NCBI GenBank assembly: GCA_023423775.1
Contig: JAFAEZ010000023.1
Location: forward strand, 5,532 to 69,531
Direction: 5' to 3'
DNA: 64,000 nucleotides
From: Pseudomonadota bacterium
GTDB taxonomy: Bacteria; Pseudomonadota; Alphaproteobacteria; Sphingomonadales; Sphingomonadaceae
The notes beneath the pieces were generated by a model. That model was not told where the DNA came from and did not search any database. It saw only the letters and a list, made by a program, of their open reading frames with translations. The first letter of the stretch is position 1; the number at the start of each line of letters is the position of its first letter. Shown piece by piece: positions 19,544 to 29,585 of the stretch. A program made the position numbers and the translations under genes.

Positions 19544-19573
19544 TAATCCACGCCGTCAATAAGTTGTGGATTA
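19544..19573. promoter_or_regulatory. Two inverted DnaA-box-like 9-mers
   Basis: TAATCCACG (19544-19552) and TGTGGATTA (19565-19573, = TAATCCACA) versus consensus TTATCCACA. Confidence 0.4.
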
Positions 19574-19888
19574 GTCCCCGCGAGCGGGGGTGTCGTCGGC
19601 CTTCTTCTTGGCGGCGGCGCGCGGTGCCTTGGCAACGGTGGACGCAGTGCCGGCGGCCTCAAGCGCGTCGAGCCGGGTCTTAAGCGCCATCGATTCCTCG
19701 CGCGCGGCGACCGCGATCGCCTTCACCGCCTCGAATTCGTCGCGGCTGACCATGTCGAGACCACCGATCCACTCGCGCATCCGCTCGCGGAAACCGGCCT
19801 CGGCCTCCCGCGTCATGCCCGCAAAGGTTCCGGCGGCCCCGTTCAAGACCTTGACGAAATCGTCGAACAGGCGGTTTTCGGACTGCAT
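19571..19888 (-). CDS. ubiK: UbiK/BMFP family accessory factor
   Basis: MQSENRLFDDF...LDMVSRDEFEAVK...coiled coil; AAGGAG SD. Confidence 0.85.
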   Translation of the reverse strand: MQSENRLFDDFVKVLNGAAGTFAGMTREAEAGFRERMREWIGGLDMVSRDEFEAVKAIAVAAREESMALKTRLDALEAAGTASTVAKAPRAAAKKKADDTPARGD

Positions 19889-19910
19889 TTCGTCTGTCTC
19901 CTTGACTGTC

Positions 19911-20468
19911 TCAGAGCGCGATATCGGCGCTGGGCGCCGCCGGAACAAGGGTTTCGGCATTGGGATTGAGCGCGGCGATCTCATAGTTGAGCAGGCTCGC
20001 GAAGCACAGCCATGCCAGATAGGGCAGCATCAGCAACGCCGCGACGGGACGAATCCTGCGCACGAGAAAGGCGACAACCGCCGAGATTGCGAGGATCGCC
20101 ACGATCACGACCAGCGCCAGCCGAACCTGGTGCGCGGCGAAGAAAAGCGGCGACCAGGAGAAATTCAAGAGCATCTGCGCCACGAACAGGCCGAGGATCA
20201 GGCCGCGGCCGCGCGCGCCGCGAGCATGGAGGATCATCGCCAGCACCAAGCCGAGCAGGATGTAGAGCGTGGTCCAGGCGACCGGGAACGCCCAGGAGGG
20301 CGGCATGATGGCCGGCTTTTCAAGCGCGTCGAACCAGGGGTTGCCGTAGCCGCTGTTGGAGGCGCGCCCGGACAGAATACCGAGCAGCAATATCGCCGGG
20401 ACCGTGATCAGCGCGTAGCGCAGAAACGACATCCGCAATTCGCCCTTAGAGGCCAGTCCCGTCGCCAT
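19911..20468 (-). CDS. tspO: TspO/MBR family protein
   Basis: WFDALEKP...PPSWAFPVAWTTLY, LNFSWSPLFF, LPYLAWLCFASLLN. Confidence 0.92.
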   Translation of the reverse strand: MATGLASKGELRMSFLRYALITVPAILLLGILSGRASNSGYGNPWFDALEKPAIMPPSWAFPVAWTTLYILLGLVLAMILHARGARGRGLILGLFVAQMLLNFSWSPLFFAAHQVRLALVVIVAILAISAVVAFLVRRIRPVAALLMLPYLAWLCFASLLNYEIAALNPNAETLVPAAPSADIAL

Positions 20469-20478
20469 CAGCCACTCC

Positions 20479-23400
20479 TTATTCGGCGGGAAGCGGAGCT
20501 CCCGCAAGGTCCGGGCCGTGGCCTGCCGCCGGCCGCTTCAATTGCGCTTCCAGCTCGCGGCTCACCGCCTCCGGGGAGCCCGTAAAGCGTGCGAGGCGAG
20601 AGTAAAGCAATGGAATCAGGAACAGGGTGATGATTGTCGAAATCGAGACGCCCCAGACGACGACCACGCCGATCGCCTGGCGCGCGGCGGCGCCGGCGCC
20701 GCTCGCGATCATCAACGGCACGGCGCCGGCCGCCGTCGCGATCGACGTCATCAGGATCGGGCGCAGGCGCCGCACCGCCGCGTCGCGAATGGCGGTGCCG
20801 ATGTCGCGGCCGGCGTCGCGCAATTGGTTGGCGAATTCGACGATCAGAATGCCGTTCTTGGCGGCGAGGCCGACCAGCATGACGATGCCGACCTGGCTGT
20901 AGAGGTTGAGCGTCTGGCCCATCACGGCGAGCCCGATCACGCCGCCGGCCACGGCGAGCGGGACGGTGGTGATGATCACCGCGGGATGGACGAAGCTTTC
21001 GAACTGTGCGCCGAGCAGCAGATAGACGACGAGAATGGTGAGCGCGAAGACGATGTAGATCGATCCGCCGGCTTCCTTGAACGACTGGCTCTCGCCGCGA
21101 TAACCGACGGCCGTGACTTCGGGCGATGCGGCGGCCTGCTGCTCCAGGAATGTGAGCGCCTCGCCGAGCGAGTATCCGGGCGCGAGGCCGCCCGAGAGCG
21201 TGATCGCGCGCAGCTTATTGTAGCGGCCAAGGTCGCGCGCGCCCGCCGTCTCGCGCAAGGTGACGAGGTTGGACAGAGCGACGAGGTCACCGGTGCGGCT
21301 GCGCACATAGATCGAGGCGAGATTGGCCTCGGTGGCACGCGCGCCGGCCTCGGCCTGGACGACGACGCGATATTCCTCGCCGCGATCGACATAGGTCGAG
21401 ACGCGGCGCGAACCGAGCAGGCTCTGCAGCGCTTGGCTGACGTCGGCGACCGAGACGCCGAGATCGCCGGCCCGTGTCGTATCGACGTCGATGCGGATCT
21501 GCGGCTTGGTTTCCTTATAGTCGGAATCGAGGTTGATCAGGCCCGGATTGTTGGCCGCCGCGGCGATGATGCGATCGCGGGCGCGGGCGAGATCCTGATA
21601 GGTCGATCCGGCGATCACGAAGTTCACCGGCTGGCCGCGGCCGCGGCCGATCGACGAGCGCACTGAGGCGTTGCCGCGCACCTGCGGCATCTGGCTCAGG
21701 ATCTTGTTGACCTCGGTCACCACTTCCTGGGTGGTCTGCTCGCGCTCCTCCCAGGGCTTGAGGAAGATCGTGAAGGCGCCCGAATTGAAATCGTCGCTTG
21801 AGCCGAAGCCGCCCGGCGTGCGTGCGATGACCGCGCGGACCGCGCCCTTCTCGGTCAGCTGCAGGATCTTGCCCTGCGCGTCCAATACGTAGCGGTCCAT
21901 TGCCGCGAAGCCGGTGCCTTCGGGCGCGGTGATGTTCGCGCTGAGGATCCCGACATCCTCGCTCGGCACGAGCTCGGATTGGAGCGTGGTGAACAGGAAG
22001 CCGGCCACCGCCAGAAACAGGGCGACGGCGGCGAGCGGGAGCGCCGGCTTGCGCAGTACGCGATCGAGGAAGTCCGCATAGCCCCGCTCGAGCCGGCGGA
22101 AGCGCGTATCGATCCACTGCGCCAGGCGTCCCCGCTCCTCATGACGCAGCATCTTCGAGCACAGCATCGGCGCCAGGCTCAAGGCCAAGAAGCCGGAGAA
22201 GGCGACGGCGCCGATCATTGCCACCGCGAGCTCGCGGAACAGCAGGCCGGTCGTGCCGGTGATGAACATGATCGGCACGAAGACGGCGCAGACGACGAGC
22301 GTCGTCGAGATGATCGCGAAGCCGACCTGGCGCGTACCTTCATAGGCGGCCTTGAGCGGCGGCTCGCCCTGCTCGATGCGGTGATAGACGTTTTCGAGCA
22401 CGACGATGGCGTCGTCGACGACGATGCCGATCGACAGCACCATGGCGAGCAGGGTGAGCAGGTTGATCGAGTAGCCGGCAAGCCACAGCACCGCGAAGCT
22501 GCCGAGCAGGCAGAGCGGCACGGTCACGGCCGGAATGAGGGTCGCGCGCCAGCTGCCGAGGAACAGGAAGATGACGAGCACGACCAGGATCGCCGCTTCG
22601 GCCAGCGTTTGCCAGACCTTGTCGATCGCGCGGCTGATGAACAGCGACTCGTCCGATCCCACGGTGACGGTCATGCCCTCGGGCAGAGTCGGCCGGATCT
22701 GCTCGACCATGTCCTTGGCCGCCTGCGCGACTGCGAGCGTGTTCGCGCCCGACTGGCGGACGATGCCGAGGCCGACCGCGGAATCGCCGTTGGCGCGGAA
22801 GGCGGAATAGGGATTTTCGGGCCCCTGCTCGACCCTCGCGACGTCGCCGAGGCGGACGAGATAGCCGCCCGCCCCGCGGCCGACGACGAGCTGGGCGAAT
22901 TGCTGGGGGGTGGTGAACGGCCGCTCGACGCGGAGCGTGACGTTCTGGTCGGCGGATTCGAGGCGGCCGGCGGGGAGCTCGACATTCTGCCGGCGCAGCG
23001 CATTCTCGACATCGGCGGGAGTCAGCTGGAATGCGGCGAGCCGCTCGGGCTGCATCCACACCCGCATCGCCGGCCGCGCTTCGCCGCCGACGAACACGCG
23101 TGCGACGCCGTCGATCGAGGAAAAGCGGTCGAGCACGTTGCGGTCGACATAGTCGCTGAGCTCGAGCCGGCTCCAGCCCGCCTTCGAGAAGACCAGGAAC
23201 ATGATCGGAGAGGCGTCGGCATCGACCTTGCGCACCTGTGAGGCGAGCGCCTCCTCGGGCAAATCCTGGGCCGCCGAGCCGACGCGGTCGCGCACGTCGT
23301 TGGCGGCGGAATCGATGTCGCGGCCCGGAGCGAACTCGATCGAAATGTCGGAGCGACCATCCTGCGAGCGCGAGGTGATCGTCTGCAGGCCCTCGATGCC

Positions 23401-23616
23401 CGACAGCCGTTCCTCGAGCACTTGGGTGATGCGGCTTTCGACGACGCTTGCCGCGGCGCCGATATATTGGGTCTCCACCGACACGACCGGCGGATCGACG
23501 TCGGGATATTCGCGGACTGAGAGGCTGAGAAAGCCGACGGCGCCGATCACGGCCAGGAGGATGGCGAGAACCGCCGCAAAGACCGGGCGCTTGACCGAGA
23601 TGTCGGAGAGTCTCAT
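20479..23616 (-). CDS. RND efflux transporter permease (AcrB family)
   Basis: 1045 aa; RPVFA, GIVVDDAIVVLEN, GLAAKNGILIVEFAN, RLRPILMT. Confidence 0.95.
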   Translation of the reverse strand: MRLSDISVKRPVFAAVLAILLAVIGAVGFLSLSVREYPDVDPPVVSVETQYIGAAASVVESRITQVLEERLSGIEGLQTITSRSQDGRSDISIEFAPGRDIDSAANDVRDRVGSAAQDLPEEALASQVRKVDADASPIMFLVFSKAGWSRLELSDYVDRNVLDRFSSIDGVARVFVGGEARPAMRVWMQPERLAAFQLTPADVENALRRQNVELPAGRLESADQNVTLRVERPFTTPQQFAQLVVGRGAGGYLVRLGDVARVEQGPENPYSAFRANGDSAVGLGIVRQSGANTLAVAQAAKDMVEQIRPTLPEGMTVTVGSDESLFISRAIDKVWQTLAEAAILVVLVIFLFLGSWRATLIPAVTVPLCLLGSFAVLWLAGYSINLLTLLAMVLSIGIVVDDAIVVLENVYHRIEQGEPPLKAAYEGTRQVGFAIISTTLVVCAVFVPIMFITGTTGLLFRELAVAMIGAVAFSGFLALSLAPMLCSKMLRHEERGRLAQWIDTRFRRLERGYADFLDRVLRKPALPLAAVALFLAVAGFLFTTLQSELVPSEDVGILSANITAPEGTGFAAMDRYVLDAQGKILQLTEKGAVRAVIARTPGGFGSSDDFNSGAFTIFLKPWEEREQTTQEVVTEVNKILSQMPQVRGNASVRSSIGRGRGQPVNFVIAGSTYQDLARARDRIIAAAANNPGLINLDSDYKETKPQIRIDVDTTRAGDLGVSVADVSQALQSLLGSRRVSTYVDRGEEYRVVVQAEAGARATEANLASIYVRSRTGDLVALSNLVTLRETAGARDLGRYNKLRAITLSGGLAPGYSLGEALTFLEQQAAASPEVTAVGYRGESQSFKEAGGSIYIVFALTILVVYLLLGAQFESFVHPAVIITTVPLAVAGGVIGLAVMGQTLNLYSQVGIVMLVGLAAKNGILIVEFANQLRDAGRDIGTAIRDAAVRRLRPILMTSIATAAGAVPLMIASGAGAAARQAIGVVVVWGVSISTIITLFLIPLLYSRLARFTGSPEAVSRELEAQLKRPAAGHGPDLAGAPLPAE

Positions 23617-23625
23617 CGGCCTTGC

Positions 23626-24702
23626 CTAGTCGCCCTTGGCCGCTTCACGCCCTGCCGGCGGGCGCTCGGCGTTCGCTGCGCCGGCGAGCCGCACCTTCAT
23701 GCCGTCGGACAGTTTCACCACACCTTCGGTGACGACCTTCTGTCCGGGGCGCAGGCCCTCCACGATCTCGATCCGACCCTCGGAGCGGACGCCGGTGCGG
23801 ACCGGCACGCGCTTGGCCTCTCCGCCCTCGGCGATGGTGTAGACGAAGCGGCTGTCGCCCTCGCCCACCACCGACAGTTCTGGGACCGACAGCGACATGC
23901 GCGGCGCCGTCTCGATGGCGACGGTGAGAAGCATGCCCGGCTTCAGCTTGCGATCCGGATTAGGCAGGCGCGCGCGCACCGTGACCGAGCGCGTATTGGG
24001 GTCGATCACCGGATCGATCGTGGCGATCTGGCCGCGAAACGGCTGGTCGGGATAAGCCGCTGAGCGTGCCTCGATCGTCTGGCCCGGCTTGAGCGCGGCC
24101 AGCATCGTCTCCGGAACCGAGAAATCGAGTTTGATCGAGGACAGATCGCTGATCGTCGCAATCTCCGTGCCTGCGGTCACGACCGCGCCGGGAGAAATGT
24201 TGCGCAGCGACACCCAGCCTGAGAAAGGCGCGGTGACGACGCGGTCGCCAATCTGGGCGCGTGCGCCCGCCGCCTGGGCCCGTGCCTGGGCCGCCAGCGC
24301 CTGCTGCGTGTCGAGGCTGGAGTTGGTCGCGAACCCGCGCTCCTTCAGTTCCTGGACGCGCTGCAATTGCTGCGCCGCCTCGCGCGCCCGGGCCTGTGCC
24401 TCGGACAATTGGGCATTCTCCTGGCCCTGAGCCAGAACGGCGACGACCTGGCCACGATTGACGTAGCCGCCATCGTCGAAATTGAGGCGCACGATCCGCT
24501 CGGTCACCGGGGCGGACAGGGTCACCTGCTCGTTGGCCCGCGCAGTGCCGACGGCGTCGATCCGCTCGATGAACCGCATCGTGGTGGCCGGCTCGACCGT
24601 GACCACGGGCGGCGGCCGGTCGCGTCCCTTGGTTTCGCCGCCGCTGCAGGCAGCGAGGGCACCCAGAATCGCGAGCGAAAGAGGTAAACGAAAGTTGCGC
24701 AC
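23626..24702 (-). CDS. RND periplasmic adaptor (MFP) lipoprotein
   Basis: Lipobox LAAC, VTAPFSG, IDPNTRSVTVRA, LKPGM; GTG 24702 chosen (TTG 24738 possible). Confidence 0.92.
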   Translation of the reverse strand: MRNFRLPLSLAILGALAACSGGETKGRDRPPPVVTVEPATTMRFIERIDAVGTARANEQVTLSAPVTERIVRLNFDDGGYVNRGQVVAVLAQGQENAQLSEAQARAREAAQQLQRVQELKERGFATNSSLDTQQALAAQARAQAAGARAQIGDRVVTAPFSGWVSLRNISPGAVVTAGTEIATISDLSSIKLDFSVPETMLAALKPGQTIEARSAAYPDQPFRGQIATIDPVIDPNTRSVTVRARLPNPDRKLKPGMLLTVAIETAPRMSLSVPELSVVGEGDSRFVYTIAEGGEAKRVPVRTGVRSEGRIEIVEGLRPGQKVVTEGVVKLSDGMKVRLAGAANAERPPAGREAAKGD

Positions 24703-24734
24703 GGTGGGGGCGCTAGCCTGTGGCCGCAATGGGA

Positions 24735-25469
24735 TCAAGCGCGCTGTGCGGCCAGTAGGAACTCTTTATTTCCTTCCGGTCCCATGATCGGACTTTCGAT
24801 CACGCCTGCAACGCCCCACCCGCGCGATTCTATCCAAGCCTTGGCGGCATCGCAAACCCGTTCGTGCACAAGGGGATCGCGCACGACGCCGCCCTTGCCG
24901 ATCTCGCTCCGCTCCGCCTCGAACTGCGGCTTGATGAGCGCGACCAGCCGCCCGCCAGGCTTCACGAAGTCTATCGCGGTGTCCAGCACCTTGGCGAGGC
25001 CGATGAAGCTCGCATCGCAGACGACGAGGTCGACCGGCTCGGTGATGATGGCGTCTGTGAGGTAGCGGGCGTTGGTCTTCTCGTGGACGACGACGCGCGG
25101 ATCCTGCCGGAGCTTCCAGGCGAGCTGGTTGGTGCCGGAATCGACCGCGAACACCTTGGCGGCGCCGTTCTGCAGCAGCACGTCGGTGAAGCCGCCGGTC
25201 GAGGAGCCGACGTCGATCGCGACCGCGCCGGTCACATCCCAGCCGAAATGCTCGAGAGCGTGGGCGAGCTTCAACCCGCCGCGCGACACCCAGGGATGGT
25301 CCTTGCCGCGCACTTCGAGCGGCACATCCTCGGCCATCGCCTGCCCGGCCTTGTCGATCTTGCGCTCGCCCGAAAAGACCAGCCCGGCGAGGATCAGAGC
25401 CTGCGCCCGCGCCCGGCTCTCCGCCAGCCCGCGATCGACGAGCATCTGGTCGACGCGCAGCTTAGCCAT
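24735..25469 (-). CDS. tlyA: TlyA family rRNA methyltransferase
   Basis: S4-like N-terminus, VSRGGLKL, DVGSSTGGFTD, LIKPQFE, SPIMGPEGNKEF. Confidence 0.93.
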   Translation of the reverse strand: MAKLRVDQMLVDRGLAESRARAQALILAGLVFSGERKIDKAGQAMAEDVPLEVRGKDHPWVSRGGLKLAHALEHFGWDVTGAVAIDVGSSTGGFTDVLLQNGAAKVFAVDSGTNQLAWKLRQDPRVVVHEKTNARYLTDAIITEPVDLVVCDASFIGLAKVLDTAIDFVKPGGRLVALIKPQFEAERSEIGKGGVVRDPLVHERVCDAAKAWIESRGWGVAGVIESPIMGPEGNKEFLLAAQRA

Positions 25470-25515
25470 GGAATGTGCCCCCTTTGCGACCCGCGCCCCT
25501 GCGTGAAGCCCTTTC

Positions 25516-27441
25516 CTAGGCCCGCGCGCCTTCGATTACCCCACTGCTGTTGTGGCGGAGCGCCTTCAGGACCGTGTCGACGATCGCGTCTGCGTCGAGG
25601 CCCGCCTCGGCATATTGCTTCTCGGGTTTGTCCTGGTCCTGGAACGTGTCGGGCAGGCGCATGGTGCGGATCTTGAGGCCGCAATCGATCAGGCCCTTGT
25701 CGCTGGCCATGGTGAGGACATGGGCGCCGAGACCGCCGATGGCGGCCTCCTCGACCGTCACCGCCACTTCGTGGGTGGTGAGCAACCTGCGGATGAGCTC
25801 CTCATCGAGCGGCTTGGCGAAGCGCAGGTCCGCGACCGTGGTCGAGAGCCCCTTCCCTTCGAGCACGTCGGCCGCCTTCAGCGCTTCCTCGAGGCGGGTG
25901 CCGAGCGAGAGGATCGCGACCTTCTTGCCCTCGCGGACGATCCGGCCCTTGCCGATCTCGAGTTGCTGCGGGACCGCGGGCACGCCGATACCGGTGCCGT
26001 TGCCGCGCGGATAGCGCACGGCGATCGGGCCGCCGTCGTGCAGCGCCATCGTGTGTACCATGTGCGTCAGCTCGGCTTCGTCGGCGGCCGCCATCACGAC
26101 GAAATTGGGCAGGGTGCAGAGGTAGGCGAGGTCGAAGCTGCCGGCATGGGTCGAGCCGTCGGCGCCGACCAGCCCGGCGCGGTCCATCGCGAAGCGCACC
26201 GGCAAATTCTGGATGGCGACGTCATGCACCACCTGGTCATAGGCGCGCTGCAGGAAGGTCGAGTAGATGGCGACGAACGGCCGATAGCCCTGCGCGGCGA
26301 GGCCGGCCGCGAAGGTCACCGCATGCTGCTCGGCAATACCGACGTCGAACGTGCGATCGGGGAACCGCGCTTCGAACTTGTCCAGGCCGGTCCCCGACGG
26401 CATTGCCGCCGTGATCGCCACGACCTTTTCGTCGCGCGCCGCCTCGGCGATCAGCGCCTGGGCGAAGACGCCGGTATAGCTCGGCGGACCCGCCGGCGCC
26501 TTGGCCTGCTCGCCCGAGACGACGTCGAACTTCTGGACGCCGTGATATTTGTCGGCCGCGGCCTCGGCGGGCGCGTAGCCCTTGCCCTTCTTGGTCACGA
26601 CATGGACCAGCATCGGCCCGAGATCGGCGTCGCGGACATTCTCGAGGATCGGGATCAGGCGATCGATGTCGTGGCCATCGACGGGGCCGACATAATAGAA
26701 ACCGAGCTCCTCGAAGAGCGTGCCGCCGGTCGCCATGCCGCGGGCGAATTCCTCCGCCTTGCGCGCGGCATTGTGGAGCGGCGTCGGCAGCCTGCGCGCG
26801 AAGCGCTGGGCGAGGTGGCGGACCGAGAGATAGCTGTCCGAACTCACCAGCCGCGCGAGATAGGCCGAGAGCCCGCCCACCGGCGGCGCGATCGACATGT
26901 CGTTGTCGTTCAAGATCACGACCAGCCGGTTGCCGGCCTCGCGGGCATTGTTCATCGCCTCATAGGCCATGCCGGCGCTCATCGCGCCGTCGCCGATCAC
27001 CGCGATCGCCTTGCCCGGGGTTCCGGCGAGCTTGTTCGCCACGGCAAAGCCAAGCGCGGCCGAGATCGAGGTCGAGCTGTGCGCCGCGCCGAACGGGTCG
27101 TACTCGCTCTCGCTGCGCTTGGTGAAGCCGCTGAGGCCGCCACCCATGCGCAGGGTGCGGATGCGGTCGCGCCGGCCGGTGATGATCTTATGCGGATAGC
27201 ATTGGTGGCCGACGTCCCAGATTAGCCGGTCGTCGGGCGTGTTGAACACGTAATGGAGCGCGACGGTGAGCTCGACCACGCCGAGGCCGGCGCCGAGATG
27301 GCCGCCGGTGACCGAGACGGCCGAGATCGTTTCCGCGCGCAGTTCGTCGGCGAACTGACGGAGCTGCTCGGGCCGCAGGCGGCGGAGCTGATCGGGCGTG
27401 TCGACCGTGTCGAGAAGGGGCGTGAGCGGGCGATCGGTCAT
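25516..27441 (-). CDS. dxs: 1-deoxy-D-xylulose-5-phosphate synthase
   Basis: [40 protein letters not shown]. Confidence 0.97.
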   Translation of the reverse strand: MTDRPLTPLLDTVDTPDQLRRLRPEQLRQFADELRAETISAVSVTGGHLGAGLGVVELTVALHYVFNTPDDRLIWDVGHQCYPHKIITGRRDRIRTLRMGGGLSGFTKRSESEYDPFGAAHSSTSISAALGFAVANKLAGTPGKAIAVIGDGAMSAGMAYEAMNNAREAGNRLVVILNDNDMSIAPPVGGLSAYLARLVSSDSYLSVRHLAQRFARRLPTPLHNAARKAEEFARGMATGGTLFEELGFYYVGPVDGHDIDRLIPILENVRDADLGPMLVHVVTKKGKGYAPAEAAADKYHGVQKFDVVSGEQAKAPAGPPSYTGVFAQALIAEAARDEKVVAITAAMPSGTGLDKFEARFPDRTFDVGIAEQHAVTFAAGLAAQGYRPFVAIYSTFLQRAYDQVVHDVAIQNLPVRFAMDRAGLVGADGSTHAGSFDLAYLCTLPNFVVMAAADEAELTHMVHTMALHDGGPIAVRYPRGNGTGIGVPAVPQQLEIGKGRIVREGKKVAILSLGTRLEEALKAADVLEGKGLSTTVADLRFAKPLDEELIRRLLTTHEVAVTVEEAAIGGLGAHVLTMASDKGLIDCGLKIRTMRLPDTFQDQDKPEKQYAEAGLDADAIVDTVLKALRHNSSGVIEGARA

Positions 27442-27526
27442 CGGGTGTCCTTTACCGCGCCGCTCTTAGCGCTGCGGATTGTGCCTGTCGAATGATGAAA
27501 CGGTGCAGGAACGGCGTAAGCGCCGC

Positions 27527-27988
27527 TCAGCGCCCCTCGCACTCGCTGCAGCGCCCGCGCACCTCGATCACCGGGCGATCGGGCGAGAAGCCGGCCTTCA
27601 CCGCTGCGGCGCGGACGCCGCTGGACAGGCTGTCGTCGTCGATATGGGTGGTCTGCCCGCAATGGTCGCAGATCAGGAAGATGCAGTCGTGCAGGCAATC
27701 GGGATGATCGTTGGCGATATAGGCGTTGGCGCTCTCGACGCGACGGGCGAGGTTCGAGCCGACGAACAGGTCGAGGATGCGATAGACGCTGTTCGCAGCG
27801 ACGCGGCGACCCTGATCCTTGGAGACCTTATCGGCGATGTCGTAGGCCGAGGCCGGCTTGTCGAAGCTGGCCAGCGCATCGAAGATGGCGGCACGCATCG
27901 CCGTCCATTGTTCGCCGGACCGCTCCATCGTCGCCTTGGCGGCGGCGGCCAGCGAAGCGCCGGCATGCGAGTGATGCACATGAGCCAT
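27527..27988 (-). CDS. zur: Fur family regulator, Zur-type
   Basis: His-rich N-terminus, SAYDI, SVYRILD, ESANAY, FLICDHCG, CSEC. Confidence 0.85.
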   Translation of the reverse strand: MAHVHHSHAGASLAAAAKATMERSGEQWTAMRAAIFDALASFDKPASAYDIADKVSKDQGRRVAANSVYRILDLFVGSNLARRVESANAYIANDHPDCLHDCIFLICDHCGQTTHIDDDSLSSGVRAAAVKAGFSPDRPVIEVRGRCSECEGR

Positions 27989-27995
27989 GACCGGC

Positions 27996-28024
27996 AGATA
28001 GGGCCTGGACGGCCCCGGAACAAG
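27996..28024 (-). promoter_or_regulatory. Putative promoter giving a leaderless zur mRNA (sigma70- or RpoH-type)
   Basis: Minus strand CTTGTT-N16-CCTATCT, 7 nt before the ATG; no SD. Confidence 0.5.
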
Positions 28025-28026
28025 CG

Positions 28027-28395
28027 TCAGATCGTGGCGCGCCGGTTGAGGTCATGGCCGAGCGCGAGGATGGCGACGCCAAGGATCGTATAGACCACTT
28101 CCATGCCGCTGTGCGGCAGGGTCAGCGCGCCCGCCATCACGCCGAGGCCGAGACCGCCGACGGCGGCCGGCATCATGAAACCGTGCTGAACGATGCCGCG
28201 GCCGAGCGCGACGATGCCGAGCAGAATCGCCATGACCAGGCCCACTTCGTGGATCACGGGGCTGAGCAGCAAGCCGCCGGCCGAGGCGAGCACGGCCAGG
28301 AGCACCGCACTGGCGAGGCAATGGACGAGGCAAAGGCCCGACAGGGCGATAGCCGCCCGGTCGATCGCTCCAGTGCTCGTTTCGCTCGCAAACAT
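28027..28395 (-). CDS. MerC-family membrane protein
   Basis: DRAAIALSGLCLVHCL, IHE, ALGH; four hydrophobic segments; AAGG SD. Confidence 0.8.
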   Translation of the reverse strand: MFASETSTGAIDRAAIALSGLCLVHCLASAVLLAVLASAGGLLLSPVIHEVGLVMAILLGIVALGRGIVQHGFMMPAAVGGLGLGVMAGALTLPHSGMEVVYTILGVAILALGHDLNRRATI

Positions 28396-28417
28396 CCTTG
28401 GTCCCTCTGCTCGGTCC

Positions 28418-28455
28418 TGTATAAGGGCGGAAGCGAGAAGTTACAACATTACATA
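28418..28455 (-). promoter_or_regulatory. Zur box overlapping the -35 of the merC-like promoter
   Basis: Minus strand TATGTAATG-T-TGTAACTTC (28437-28455) versus Zur consensus AATGTTATA-n-TATAACATT; promoter TTGTAA-N17-TATACA. Confidence 0.6.
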
Positions 28456-28538
28456 GGCCGAAAAGTTGCGGCTGGAGCGGAGTTTCCTGCGGCCACCGCT
28501 TATCGACAAAGCGGCCGACTCGCTCCATAGCGCCCGGC

Positions 28539-29585
28539 ATGGCTACCCAGGTTCAAGCATCGGTCCGGCCGGCCGGAATCCGACCGCGCGCCCTCTCCCA
28601 CTGGCTGCTGGTCGTGGCCGCTTTGGTCTTCCTGATGATCGTGGTCGGCGGCATCACGCGGCTCACCGAATCCGGCCTGTCGATCACGCGCTGGGAGCCC
28701 GTTTCGGGCACGCTGCCGCCGCTCAATGCCGAACAGTGGCAGGAGGAGTTCGACGCCTACAAGGCGAGCCCCCAATATCAAAAGATCAACCGCGGCATGA
28801 CGCTCGCCGAGTTCAAGGACATCTTCTTCTGGGAATATGTCCACCGCTTGCTCGGCCGCGTCATCGGCCTTGCCTTCGCGATCCCCTTCGTCTGGTTCGC
28901 ATGGAAGAAGGCGATCCCGCGCGGCTATGGCTGGCGGCTTGGCGCCCTGCTCGCTTTGGGCGGGCTGCAGGGCTTCATCGGCTGGTGGATGGTCGCCTCG
29001 GGCCTGATCGACCGCCCCGATGTCAGCCACCTGCGCCTCGCCGTGCACCTGCTCACCGCCTTCCTGATTCTCGCCGGCCTCGTCTGGACCGCGCTCGACC
29101 TGCGCCTGCTCGATCGCGACCGGGCGGCGAAGCCGGTGCGGATGCCGACGGTCGGCATCTGGGCGCTGTCGGTCCTCGGCGTGCAGATGCTGTTCGGCGC
29201 CTATGTTGCCGGGCTCGACGCCGGCTATGCCTTCAACACCTGGCCGATGATGGGCAGCGAGTGGTTCCCGGCCGACACGCCGATGCTTGAGCCGTTCCTG
29301 CGCAATTACGTCGACAATCCGATCGTGGTGCAGTTCATCCACCGCTGGGTCGCCTTCGCGGTCGCGGTCATGGCCTTCCTCCTCGCCTTCGAAGCGTGGA
29401 GCCGCAAGTTGCGCGCCGAGGCCATCGGCGTCGTCGCTGCCGTGTTCGTCCAGATCCTGATCGGCATCATGACCTTGCTGAGCGGGGTCGACCTGTGGAT
29501 CGCCGTCGCGCACCAGGGCATGGCGGCGATCCTGCTCGGCACGATCGTCCTCGCGTCGCACCGCATCGGTGCGCGACCGGCATGA
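28539..29585 (+). CDS. ctaA: Heme A synthase (COX15/CtaA type 2)
   Basis: GGITRLTESGLSI, WEYVHRLLGR, GWWMVASGL, VAGLDAG, QFIHR. Confidence 0.95.
   Translation: MATQVQASVRPAGIRPRALSHWLLVVAALVFLMIVVGGITRLTESGLSITRWEPVSGTLPPLNAEQWQEEFDAYKASPQYQKINRGMTLAEFKDIFFWEYVHRLLGRVIGLAFAIPFVWFAWKKAIPRGYGWRLGALLALGGLQGFIGWWMVASGLIDRPDVSHLRLAVHLLTAFLILAGLVWTALDLRLLDRDRAAKPVRMPTVGIWALSVLGVQMLFGAYVAGLDAGYAFNTWPMMGSEWFPADTPMLEPFLRNYVDNPIVVQFIHRWVAFAVAVMAFLLAFEAWSRKLRAEAIGVVAAVFVQILIGIMTLLSGVDLWIAVAHQGMAAILLGTIVLASHRIGARPA

Noticed and set aside
28027..28395. Mercury resistance locus
   Set aside because: No merA, merR, merT or merP; the context (zur, Zur box) points to zinc
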